A DNA stretch of 32,659 nucleotides from a virus. Lineage: Duplodnaviria; Caudoviricetes. The position numbers were made by a program, and so were the translations under genes. The stretch lies in the IMG/VR virus record IMGVR_UViG_3300033076_000968, positions 1 through 32,659 of that record. One strand, written 5' to 3'. Below are positions 7,989 to 16,634 of this stretch, one piece after another (the first letter of the stretch is position 1; each line of letters opens with the position of its first letter). The notes beneath the pieces are model-generated. The model ran no database searches and was not told where the DNA came from. It saw only the letters and a program-made list of their open reading frames with translations.

Positions 7989-10490
7989 TCAAGGCAGCGC
8001 CCGGCCGAGGTCTGGCGCGCGCTGCGGCGCCGTGGTTCCGGGCCGGAACCAGAACTGCGTCTCCTGCTGCTTGCGGGCCTGCTCCTGGATGCGGGCGAAG
8101 GTGCCAGCGGCCTCCGGGTCGACCATCTTCTGCAGCGTGTCCCAGACCAGCCGATCGGTCGCCAGCCTGGTGTACCAGAGGTCGGGGGTGTACTTGTTGG
8201 CGAAGCGGACGGCCTCGCGCCCGGCGTGCGGCTCCCGGCCGGCGTAGGCGTCCTGCAGGTTGCCCATGGTCAGGCCCTGCAGGTCGAGTACGAAGCCGAC
8301 CGAAGGCGTCACCAATCGCGCCGCGTCATCGATCTTTTTCGAGCTCATGAACGCCTTCATCTGCTCGCCGATGACGCCGAAAGCCCCGCCTTGTGCCGCA
8401 GCGTTGATCCAGAACCTGGTGCCGTTCTTGCCGTACATCGGCTCGGGGTCCTTGCCGGCGGCGAGGTTCTTCAGTTGCAGGCTGAGCGCGCCCAGCACCG
8501 TGGTGCCGATCACCAGCGAGGCGATGTACTGGCCCCGGAACCACTGGCCTTCGCCGTCGGCCAGGCTCTCCATGGCGCGGAAGAACTGTGTCATGAAGGC
8601 GGCCATCGGGAAGCCCTTGTACTGAGCCAGCGAGCGCAGTGCCTCGCCCTCGAGGGTGCCCGCCTTGGTCCCGCCGACCATGAAGGCCCGGGTCACGGCG
8701 TTCGCCTCGGGCACGGCGGTGCGCTGGATGCTGGAGATCGCGCCCAGCATGCGGGTGCCTATTGCCTGCTCTGCGCCCTCGCCCTCCCGCGCCAGCCGGG
8801 CCGGGTCGAGAAAGCCCTCGGTGGTGTACTGGCGCAGAACCTCCCATTCGGCCTCGCCCATGCCGTAGGTGCGGAAGGTGCGCTTATCGATCGCCGGCAG
8901 GTCTGCCCAGGCGCGGTCGGCCAGGGAGCCCAGCTTCGCCAGCAACTTGGCGCCGAAAACGTCTCGCAAAACCTGCGTATGGTGCGCGAGCCCCTGCGCG
9001 CGGATCACGACCTCGGCCAGCCGGCCGGTGACGCGGGAGAGACCGTTCAGCCCGGCGTCGACCTTGTTGCCGGCGCCGGACCGGCTGGCCACGTCGCCGA
9101 TCGCGTCGCGCGCCGCGTCGTGCAGGCCGCGCAGCCCCACCTCAAGCACCAACCCTTCGCGCATCAGCATCGCCCGCTTCTCCGGGGTGATCGGGCCGAT
9201 GTTCTTCAGGTAGTCGGCCATGATCTGCGTCATCGGCAGGCCGTGCCACGCGGCGGTCGCCTTGGTGAAGGCGAAGTCGGACGCGGCCGACAGGACCGCG
9301 CTGCCGAGCTGCACGCCCGACAGGAACTGCCGAAAGGACTGCGCCCCCAGTGCCAGCCGCTGCGAGACCGGCATCCCGGCCTTGCCGCTGCTGATCTCGT
9401 AGATGGCGGCCAGCTTGTTGGCGAAGAACCTGCTGCCGGTCTCCTTCTGGAACATCTGGATCAGGGTGCGGGCGGCGCGGTCGGGATTGGGGCCGAGCAC
9501 CTGGGCAACGGCGAGGTCTCGCGACATGCCGTCGACGTGCCGCACCATCAGCTCGCCGATCGCGCTGTCGCCGACGCCGAAGGTGCGGTTGAAGGCCAGC
9601 CAAGCATCGTCGCTCGACCATTCGAAGGCGCGGCGGCGGCCGTAGCGGTCGGCCATGCTGGTGCTGCGCACGACCCCGGGCTCGATCCCGGCATCGCCGC
9701 CGGTCGTGATGTTCTCGTAGGCCCGGTCGACGATCTGGCGCACGCGGGCCTCGCCCTCGGCCATGCCCGGCGCGAAGTAGGCCTGCCCGTCGGCCTGCCA
9801 GTCCCGGATGCGCAGGTCGCCGCGCTGCCACCATTCGAGCATCTGGGCCCGGAAGGCGTCGGGGCCGACCGAGCGCACGGCGGCGCCGTCCCAGTGCTGC
9901 GGCAGGCGCCAGTCCTCGAGCTCGCGCACGAACACGCCGGCCCGGCCCATGGCGTCGCGCCACCACTCCATCGCGCCGATCCAGGCCTTCGCGGCCTCGC
10001 GCGCCGCCGGGTCGGCCACGTTCCGGCCGTAGAGCGCCGACACGACGTGCCGCGGCAGGATGCTGTCGCGCGCCAGGCCGAACGCCCGGCTCTGCAGCTT
10101 CGACATAAAGTCGGACATGATCGACTGCATGGTCGCGAGGTTGCCGCGGTGCTGCATGCCGATGCTGGGCGCGGTCTCGTTGCCGGCGACGCGCTCGCCG
10201 AACACGGTCATCAGGCCGTACTTCAGGTCGCGGGTGTTGGCCTTGGCCGCCTCCCACGCCCGGTCGACGGCGATGATCTGCTGCTGGACCTGCGCCCGGG
10301 TGCTGGTCGCGCGGCGCTCCATCTCCTTCGCGGCCTCGGTTGTGGCGAAGATGTAGGCCTCTGGGCCGGCGAGACCGCGCTGCGCGGCCAGGCGCTCGGC
10401 ATCGGCCATCCGGGCGGCGTACTCGGCGGCGCCCTTGGCCGACAGCTTGCCGGCGGCGACCGCGGCGTCGAGGCAGTCCCGGATGCTCAT
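7989..10490 (-). CDS. Internal virion (DNA ejection) protein, gp16-like position
   Basis: 833 aa, helical and Ala/Gly-rich with a hydrophobic C-terminal part; last large gene before the fibre. Confidence 0.75.
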   Translation of the reverse strand: MSIRDCLDAAVAAGKLSAKGAAEYAARMADAERLAAQRGLAGPEAYIFATTEAAKEMERRATSTRAQVQQQIIAVDRAWEAAKANTRDLKYGLMTVFGERVAGNETAPSIGMQHRGNLATMQSIMSDFMSKLQSRAFGLARDSILPRHVVSALYGRNVADPAAREAAKAWIGAMEWWRDAMGRAGVFVRELEDWRLPQHWDGAAVRSVGPDAFRAQMLEWWQRGDLRIRDWQADGQAYFAPGMAEGEARVRQIVDRAYENITTGGDAGIEPGVVRSTSMADRYGRRRAFEWSSDDAWLAFNRTFGVGDSAIGELMVRHVDGMSRDLAVAQVLGPNPDRAARTLIQMFQKETGSRFFANKLAAIYEISSGKAGMPVSQRLALGAQSFRQFLSGVQLGSAVLSAASDFAFTKATAAWHGLPMTQIMADYLKNIGPITPEKRAMLMREGLVLEVGLRGLHDAARDAIGDVASRSGAGNKVDAGLNGLSRVTGRLAEVVIRAQGLAHHTQVLRDVFGAKLLAKLGSLADRAWADLPAIDKRTFRTYGMGEAEWEVLRQYTTEGFLDPARLAREGEGAEQAIGTRMLGAISSIQRTAVPEANAVTRAFMVGGTKAGTLEGEALRSLAQYKGFPMAAFMTQFFRAMESLADGEGQWFRGQYIASLVIGTTVLGALSLQLKNLAAGKDPEPMYGKNGTRFWINAAAQGGAFGVIGEQMKAFMSSKKIDDAARLVTPSVGFVLDLQGLTMGNLQDAYAGREPHAGREAVRFANKYTPDLWYTRLATDRLVWDTLQKMVDPEAAGTFARIQEQARKQQETQFWFRPGTTAPQRAPDLGRALP

Positions 10491-10654
10491 GACGGCTTCC
10501 TCCGGCCTGTTTCGAAGTCTTCGCGGCCATCCAGCGCGTGGTGCACCAGCACCGATGGTTCCTCGTCGTCAGGAGTCGGCCGGCACCAGCAGTCCGTCTG
10601 ATCGACGTGCTCCCGGAGATCGCCGATCGGCACGACGTGGACGTGGTCGCTCAC
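10487..10654 (-). CDS. Small His/Cys-rich protein (55 aa), not in the ORF track
   Basis: MSDHVHVVPIGDLREHVDQTDCWCRPTPDDEEPSVLVHHALDGREDFETGRRKPS. Fills the gap exactly, with GTGA and ATGA overlaps at the two ends. Confidence 0.75.
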   Translation of the reverse strand: MSDHVHVVPIGDLREHVDQTDCWCRPTPDDEEPSVLVHHALDGREDFETGRRKPS

Positions 10655-12528
10655 AGCGCACCGATCGCGCAGCCCAGCGCGGCCGCGGCGTCCTTCTCCA
10701 TCATGTCCGCTTCCTCCAGCGCCTTCGCGGCCGTCATCTCGGTGTCTCCGATCGCCACTGTGCGCTCGGGGTTCGCCTCGACCAGCCGGGCCGCCTCGGC
10801 TTTCAGCGCCGCGGCCTGCTCGGGCGGCATCGGCGCAGCGCCCGGAGCGCGCTCGACCGGCGCGGCGGCGCGCTCCGGGGCCCGCGGCGTCTCGGGAGCG
10901 CCCGCCAGCACCTCCCGCGCCACAGCCGCATGCCGCATCATCTCGGCCCGTTGGATGGCCTCGGCCAGCCCGGGCACATCGGCGGCCCCGAACTCGCGCG
11001 CCAACGTCTCGGCCGGCACCTCATCGGAGAAAGCGCGCGCCGCCGACATGTCGCCCAGCTTCTTCCGGGCCTGCTCGATCTCGCGCTCCACCTCGCCCCG
11101 GGCGACCTCGGCCTCGCGCTGCAGCGCCGCCCGCTGCTCGGCAATCTCGCGCAGCGCCTTGACCTGCTCGGGGAAGAACTCGGCCCGCGTTGCCTTCAGT
11201 TCCTGCTGCACCTGGCCGCGCGGGTCGACCGACTGCATGATCATCTCGCGCTCGCGCTCCAGATCGGCGCGCTCCGCCTTGCGCAGGCCCCGTTTGGCCA
11301 GCCGGTCCTCGATGTCGGCCAGCCGCGCCCCGGTGTCGGGGTCGACCACGTCGGCGAAGCCGATCTGGCCCATTTCCTCGTGGATGGCCGCGACGCGCTG
11401 GTCGAGCTCGGCCGCGCGGCGCTGCACGTCGTCGAGCTTGGCGAAGGCCTGCGGCCGGGACTGGCGCAGCACGGCCTCGAGCTCGGTGTCGGGCAGGGCG
11501 TGGATGCGGTCGAGCACGTTGCCGAGGCCGGTGATGGTCGGCCGACCGCCCTGCTCCCGCAGGATCGTGCCCAGCGCCGTCATGGGGGTGTCGAGGGTGC
11601 GCCCGAGCGCGCCAAGATCGACCGGCTGGCCCCGCAGCACGGCGTCCATCGCCCGACCCTGGTAGCGCTCGTGCAGCATCGGGTCGATGCCCAGCCGGTT
11701 CTGGCCGCTGTAGAGCGCCTGCGCTTCGACCACCCGGGCGGCGTCGCGGACCTCCAGCGGGGCCTTCAGCAGCGCGTCGGGCCGCTCCATCAGGCGCAGA
11801 TGCACCGCCCGCAGGCCGCCGCCGAGCGCCGCGCCAAAGACGCCGGCCGCGCCGACGCTGGTCGCGATCTCCTCCCAGCCCTTGCCCTCGCCGTAGGGCG
11901 CGTCCAGCGCCTCGGTGACGCCGGCAAAGGCCGCATTCGCCGCGCCCTGGAACAGCGCTTCCCGTGAAACATTGCGCAGCACCGTCTGGCCGGCCAGCAC
12001 CTCGGCCGCCGTCGGCAGGCGCGTCACCGGGACCGCCAGCGCCAGCACGTTGACCGGCTCGACCGACGACATGCCCATGGCCGCGACCCAGTTCAGCACG
12101 CCATTGCCGGTGCCCTCGTACCGCGCGGCCAGCTGCCGAGCCGAACGGCTCTCATCCTGTATCTGCTGGTCGATCAACTCGGGGTTCGGCAGGTCGGCGC
12201 CGACGTCGCGGGTCACGGCCCGGTGCGCGTCGATGATGCGCTGCTTCCGGGCCGCGATCACCCGGTCGGGCGAGAACTGCGGATCCAGCGCCTCCTTCGC
12301 CGTGACGCTGGCGTAGGGGTTCGGGAACTGCTCCCCGGTGGCCTCGTGCAGGGCGTCGATCGCCTTCTGCCAGCGGTCCTGCCGCTCGCCAGCGATCAGG
12401 AAGTAGCGGTTCGGGGCGAATATCTCGCCGGCCGTGGCCTCGACGCGCTCGCCAAGGCTGCGCGGCAAAGCCTGCAACGGGGGCTCGATCGGGCCGCCCT
12501 GGCCGTCGAACATGTCGAGGATGGCCAT
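10651..12528 (-). CDS. Internal virion/ejection protein with coiled coil
   Basis: 625 aa, Gly/Ala hydrophobic patch (VGAAGVFGAALGGGL) and a long charged coiled-coil region; translationally coupled within the ejection cluster. Confidence 0.7.
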   Translation of the reverse strand: MAILDMFDGQGGPIEPPLQALPRSLGERVEATAGEIFAPNRYFLIAGERQDRWQKAIDALHEATGEQFPNPYASVTAKEALDPQFSPDRVIAARKQRIIDAHRAVTRDVGADLPNPELIDQQIQDESRSARQLAARYEGTGNGVLNWVAAMGMSSVEPVNVLALAVPVTRLPTAAEVLAGQTVLRNVSREALFQGAANAAFAGVTEALDAPYGEGKGWEEIATSVGAAGVFGAALGGGLRAVHLRLMERPDALLKAPLEVRDAARVVEAQALYSGQNRLGIDPMLHERYQGRAMDAVLRGQPVDLGALGRTLDTPMTALGTILREQGGRPTITGLGNVLDRIHALPDTELEAVLRQSRPQAFAKLDDVQRRAAELDQRVAAIHEEMGQIGFADVVDPDTGARLADIEDRLAKRGLRKAERADLEREREMIMQSVDPRGQVQQELKATRAEFFPEQVKALREIAEQRAALQREAEVARGEVEREIEQARKKLGDMSAARAFSDEVPAETLAREFGAADVPGLAEAIQRAEMMRHAAVAREVLAGAPETPRAPERAAAPVERAPGAAPMPPEQAAALKAEAARLVEANPERTVAIGDTEMTAAKALEEADMMEKDAAAALGCAIGAL

Positions 12529-15500
12529 CAGGGCGCCACGTCATTGAGGGTCGGCGGGACCGGCCGGCGCCTGGGCTCGGTCGGCTTCTGGCCGCTGCCC
12601 ATGATGCTGGGCGGGAACAACCGCGCTCGCTCATCGAGCGCCCGCAGGTCCAGCACGTAGGGCTGGCCGTCGGCGCGCACCAGCGGCCTCGGGTCCCAGC
12701 CGGCGCGCGGGTCGGGGATGCGGACGTAGTAGAGCCCAGTCTTGCCGGCGTTCGTCAGCATGCCGCGCCGGTACACCGCCTCGGCCGTCACCTGATCGCC
12801 CTCCTGCGTCTTCACGCCCTCGAGGTCGCCGTCGGACAGGGAGCGGAGCGCGTCGTCCACCTGATATTCGGTCATGTCCTTGCGCGGCGGCAGGAACGCT
12901 TGCCCTTTGCGCGTCATCGGCGCGCCGACCACCGCCTTGACGGCCGCGTCCAGCACGTCGGTGTCGACCGCCTTCTCGCCCTGCCGGCCGGCGCGGTGCA
13001 TCTGGTAGGCGTAGATCGCCGCCACGGCCGCCTTCGTCGTCGGCTCGACGCCGCCGCCCATGTCGGTGAACACGTTGCCCAGCCGGTCCTGCAGGGTCTG
13101 CTGCCACGCGATGTCGTTCACCGGCACCTTGGCGTTGCCCTCGGCGCTGTCCCGGATCAACGTCGCTCCCTGCATGATCTGGTCGCCGACCTGCGGGTCG
13201 CCCTCGGCATAGAACGACAGCGCGGCGGCGTAGGAGCGCGACAGCGGGTCGGTCTCGCCCTTCCCGGCCAGCGCCTTGCCGACGGCAGGGATCATGCGGG
13301 CGGGCACCTGCTGGGCGATGCCCGTCAGCAGCGCGCGGTTGTTGGCGGCCGAGCCGGTCGAGAGCTTGCCGCGCATGTCGGTGATCTCGGCATCGGTGAA
13401 GGGGCTGATCTCGGGCAGGCCGCGCTTGCTCTGCACGTCCTCGGCGAAGGCGACGCGGCCGCGCATGTCGGTGAGCGGCGGCAGCGGGCGGTCGTAGACT
13501 TTGGCGCCGGCGGTGACGGGGTCCTTGGCGAACTCGGCGGCCTGCTGCGTCACGATGCGCTGCATGGCGCCGAGCACGGCGATGTTCTCGTTCGTCGGGT
13601 CCTTCTCGGTCTCCTGCCGGAATCGGTCGAGGGCATCCTGCTGCCAGACCTGCGGAGCGCCTGAGATCGAGGCCGCCCGGAGCTGCGCGTTCGCGTACTC
13701 GGACACCTCGCGGACCAGCGCCGCGTCGCCCGACCGAGCGGCGTTGTCCAGCACGCTCTTGGCCTTGTCGCGCAACTTGCCGACGTCGAGGCCTTCGTCG
13801 ACACCCTTCTTGAGCCCGGCGAAGTCCTCGCGGGCCATCCTGACCGCCTCGGCCCGGCCCTTCTCGTCCGCCGCGATGATGCCGGTGGCCAGCGCCTTGG
13901 CCTTGCCGCTCAGCATGTCCTGCAGGACGCGCTTTTGCTCGTCGGCCGGCGTCGAGGCGAAGGACATCAGGCGGTCCTCGTTGGCCGCCAAGATGCCCAT
14001 GGTGAAGGCCTTCGACGTGTCGCCCAGCTCGGCATAGGCGACCTGCAGTTTGCCGAAGGCGCCCTTCTGGTAGCTGCTCGGCGAAGCGATCGCCATCATG
14101 CCGGCGGTTTCGGCCAGGTCGTCGAGCCCCTTCATGCGCGCCGTGCGCTCGGCCTCGACGGTCGCCGACTGCTTGCGCAGCTTCGTCACGATGCTGTTGC
14201 GCTCGCCGTCGGTCAGTGTCGGGTCGGTCGATGCCTGCTGGATCAGCTTCTCGCTGTCGGCCTTGTCGGCGCCGACCAGCTGGGCCTTCAGGTAGCCCTG
14301 CACCTTCTGGACGTAGCCGCGCGTCTCGGCCGGCAATGCCTCTGGGTTGCCGCCGCCCTTCAGCCAGCCGCCGGCATTGCCCGGCCCCCAGTTGTAGGCG
14401 ATCAGGGCCTTGTTCACGTCGCCGCCGTTGGCCGCGAGCTGTTGCGCGAGATAGCGGGTGCCGGCGAAGATGTTCTCGCGCGCGTCGTTGACGTCCTTGA
14501 CGCCCAGGTCCTTGGCCGTGCCAGGCATGAGCTGCATCAGGCCGCCGGCGCCGGCCTTCGATACCGCGGTGCGCACGCCGCCGCTCTCGGTGGCCAGCAC
14601 CGCCGCCACCAGCTGCGGCTCGAGCCCGTGCTGCGCCGCCGCCTCCTGGATCAGCGGCCAGTATTCCTTGACCGCCGGCGGCAACGCCTCGCCGCTCGCG
14701 CGCCGCGTGATCCAGTCGTCTCCGGCCACGCTGTCGCGGACCGACTTCATCGTGTTGGCCAGGCGGTCGCGGGTCTTGGCGTCGAGCGTGGGCTCGTATT
14801 TCGTCCACATCGCCAGCGCGAGGCGGGGGTTGTTCTTGGCGATGAGCTGGTCACGGATGGCGCTGTCGACGACGGCCGACCGGGCCTCCAGCACCATGAC
14901 CTTCTCGGCGTCGGTGCCCTGCACGCCCATGGTCGCAGCCTGCGCGCGGGCGTTCTCCTCGGCCGCCGACGTCAGGCCCTGCACCTTGTCGACGTCGGCA
15001 CTGTGAATGGCCGCGTCCTGCCGGATCAGCTCCTGCCGCCCGGCCATCACCTGCTTCTGCCACTCGACGCTCTGGATCGAGACATGGCGCGAGATCGAGT
15101 TCGTGACCTCGTTCACATGCCCGTCGAGGATGGTCTGCAGCCGGCGCTTCTGCCACTCGTTGGCGGTCTGCTTCAGTAGGCCGTCCTTGAGGTCGAGCAG
15201 GCTCTTGGTCGTGCCCGGCGCCGCCTTGATGGCGTTCTGGCCCTGCTGACGGAAGAAGGCGCTCTCGCCGTTGTAGAGCAAGTCCTGCTGCTGCTTGATG
15301 AAGTCGTTGTTCAGCTCCTGCACCCGGTTCTCATTCATCACCGCCTGCTCGCGCAGGGCGATGGCGCCGAGGTTGTCCGAGGCCTGCTCCAGCCGGGCGC
15401 CGGCCGCCTGCATCTCGCGCGCCTGCTGGCCGGTGGTGATGGCGTTCGCGGTGCCGAAGGCGGCCTCGTTGCCCGTCACCTGGACGTTCGGGATGGCGGC

Positions 15501-15551
15501 GCGCGACTCGACGCTGGGCAGCCGGGCGGGGAAGGACAGGAAGTCGGCCAT
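12528..15551 (-). CDS. Internal virion protein with a soluble lytic transglycosylase (SLT) domain
   Basis: 1007 aa. SLT motifs AVLATESGG, AGAGGLMQLMPGTA and ALIAYNWGPG at about 14290-14670. Confidence 0.88.
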   Translation of the reverse strand: MADFLSFPARLPSVESRAAIPNVQVTGNEAAFGTANAITTGQQAREMQAAGARLEQASDNLGAIALREQAVMNENRVQELNNDFIKQQQDLLYNGESAFFRQQGQNAIKAAPGTTKSLLDLKDGLLKQTANEWQKRRLQTILDGHVNEVTNSISRHVSIQSVEWQKQVMAGRQELIRQDAAIHSADVDKVQGLTSAAEENARAQAATMGVQGTDAEKVMVLEARSAVVDSAIRDQLIAKNNPRLALAMWTKYEPTLDAKTRDRLANTMKSVRDSVAGDDWITRRASGEALPPAVKEYWPLIQEAAAQHGLEPQLVAAVLATESGGVRTAVSKAGAGGLMQLMPGTAKDLGVKDVNDARENIFAGTRYLAQQLAANGGDVNKALIAYNWGPGNAGGWLKGGGNPEALPAETRGYVQKVQGYLKAQLVGADKADSEKLIQQASTDPTLTDGERNSIVTKLRKQSATVEAERTARMKGLDDLAETAGMMAIASPSSYQKGAFGKLQVAYAELGDTSKAFTMGILAANEDRLMSFASTPADEQKRVLQDMLSGKAKALATGIIAADEKGRAEAVRMAREDFAGLKKGVDEGLDVGKLRDKAKSVLDNAARSGDAALVREVSEYANAQLRAASISGAPQVWQQDALDRFRQETEKDPTNENIAVLGAMQRIVTQQAAEFAKDPVTAGAKVYDRPLPPLTDMRGRVAFAEDVQSKRGLPEISPFTDAEITDMRGKLSTGSAANNRALLTGIAQQVPARMIPAVGKALAGKGETDPLSRSYAAALSFYAEGDPQVGDQIMQGATLIRDSAEGNAKVPVNDIAWQQTLQDRLGNVFTDMGGGVEPTTKAAVAAIYAYQMHRAGRQGEKAVDTDVLDAAVKAVVGAPMTRKGQAFLPPRKDMTEYQVDDALRSLSDGDLEGVKTQEGDQVTAEAVYRRGMLTNAGKTGLYYVRIPDPRAGWDPRPLVRADGQPYVLDLRALDERARLFPPSIMGSGQKPTEPRRRPVPPTLNDVAP

Positions 15552-16198
15552 CAGATGCTAGCCCCGTAGCTGCCGCCCGAGTAGGCCGTCGAGCCGGTAT
15601 AGCCACCGCCGCCTCCCCCGAAGGGATCGATACCGGCCATCTTGTAGCCGCTCCACTTGTTCGCGACGCTCGACGCGCCCGACAGCAGCGTGGCGCCCAA
15701 GGTGAACGGCAGCATGCCGGCGGTGCGGCTGGCCGCGGCGTAGCTGTTGCTGGCCCCGGCCTGCAGCAGGCTCGCGTTGCTGCCGGCGCCCCAGCCCTGC
15801 AGCCGGTAGCCGTAGGCCTCGTAGGCGGCGTTGCTGCGGATGGTCGCCGCGTCGTACTCGCCGGCCTGCGCGGTGTCCTTCTGGATGTCGAGCGGGCTGC
15901 CGGTGTTCACGTCCGCGCCTTGTGCCGCGAGCGCCGCGCGCTGGCTGCCGATCATCTGGCCGGTCTGCAGGCGCTTGTTCTGCTCGGCGATGCGCCCCCG
16001 CTCCTCGGCGAGCGAGGCGTTGCGCTCCATGATCTGCTGGTTGTAGCGCGCGACCTGCGCCTGGTAGGCGAGCTGGTTGCCCTGCGCGGTCTGGGCGGCA
16101 GACTGCGCGGCGGACTGGTTGATGGCGCCGATCGCCGAGACGCCTGTGCCGACGATGGCCGACCCGATGGAGGCAATGGCGAGGGTCTCAATGCCCAT
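15551..16198 (-). CDS. Internal virion protein B-like (T7 gp14 position)
   Basis: 215 aa, hydrophobic Ala/Gly N-terminus, Gln/Ala-rich, GSQRAALAAQGADVNTGSPLD motif; position after the gp13-like gene. Confidence 0.78.
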   Translation of the reverse strand: MGIETLAIASIGSAIVGTGVSAIGAINQSAAQSAAQTAQGNQLAYQAQVARYNQQIMERNASLAEERGRIAEQNKRLQTGQMIGSQRAALAAQGADVNTGSPLDIQKDTAQAGEYDAATIRSNAAYEAYGYRLQGWGAGSNASLLQAGASNSYAAASRTAGMLPFTLGATLLSGASSVANKWSGYKMAGIDPFGGGGGGYTGSTAYSGGSYGASI

Positions 16199-16634
16199 AG
16201 GTCACCTTCACAAAGGGGGCGCGGAACGGGCCGACAGGAACCGGCGACCCGATCTGGAAGCCAAGCCAGCGCATCAGGCGGATGGCCTCGACGTACTCGG
16301 CGTGGACGTAGTTGGAGAGCCGCCCGAACCGGGCGTGCATCTCGATCACGCGCGCGCGCGAGCGGCGCAGGAACTCTTTCTTTACCCGCTCGACCGGCTC
16401 GCCCGTCAGGAACCACGGCGTTGCCTCGCCGCCGACCAGCGCCGTCAGGCCGCAGCCCTGGATCGCGGCGACCTCGCCGTCGACAAGGTAGGTGTGGCTC
16501 TCGATGGAGCGGTCGAGGCTGATGCGCAGCGCCTCCAGCGGCTCGATGCCGAGCGCGGCGATCTCGCGCGCATCCCCCGGCCGCAGCCTGATGGCGCGGG
16601 CGTGGTCGAGGGTGGCGGGGAGCACCTCAATCAC
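16188..16634 (-). CDS. T7 gp13/DUF2833-like GNAT-fold protein
   Basis: 148 aa, LRPGDAREI...PWFL...LSNYVHAEYVEAIRLMRWLGF; between the nozzle and ejection genes. Confidence 0.8.
   Translation of the reverse strand: MIEVLPATLDHARAIRLRPGDAREIAALGIEPLEALRISLDRSIESHTYLVDGEVAAIQGCGLTALVGGEATPWFLTGEPVERVKKEFLRRSRARVIEMHARFGRLSNYVHAEYVEAIRLMRWLGFQIGSPVPVGPFRAPFVKVTYGH

Noticed and set aside
1830-7990. Diversity-generating retroelement, expected because the virion module is BPP-1-like
   Set aside because: No reverse transcriptase or Avd-like ORF, and no template/variable repeat pair was seen near the fibre genes. One could still lie outside the window.
6657-10601. 1314-aa + strand ORF and the other long + strand ORFs (e.g. 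16492..18612, 10435..11967)
   Set aside because: Antisense shadows of real high-GC genes, with low-information Arg/Gly/Ala-rich translations and no motifs.
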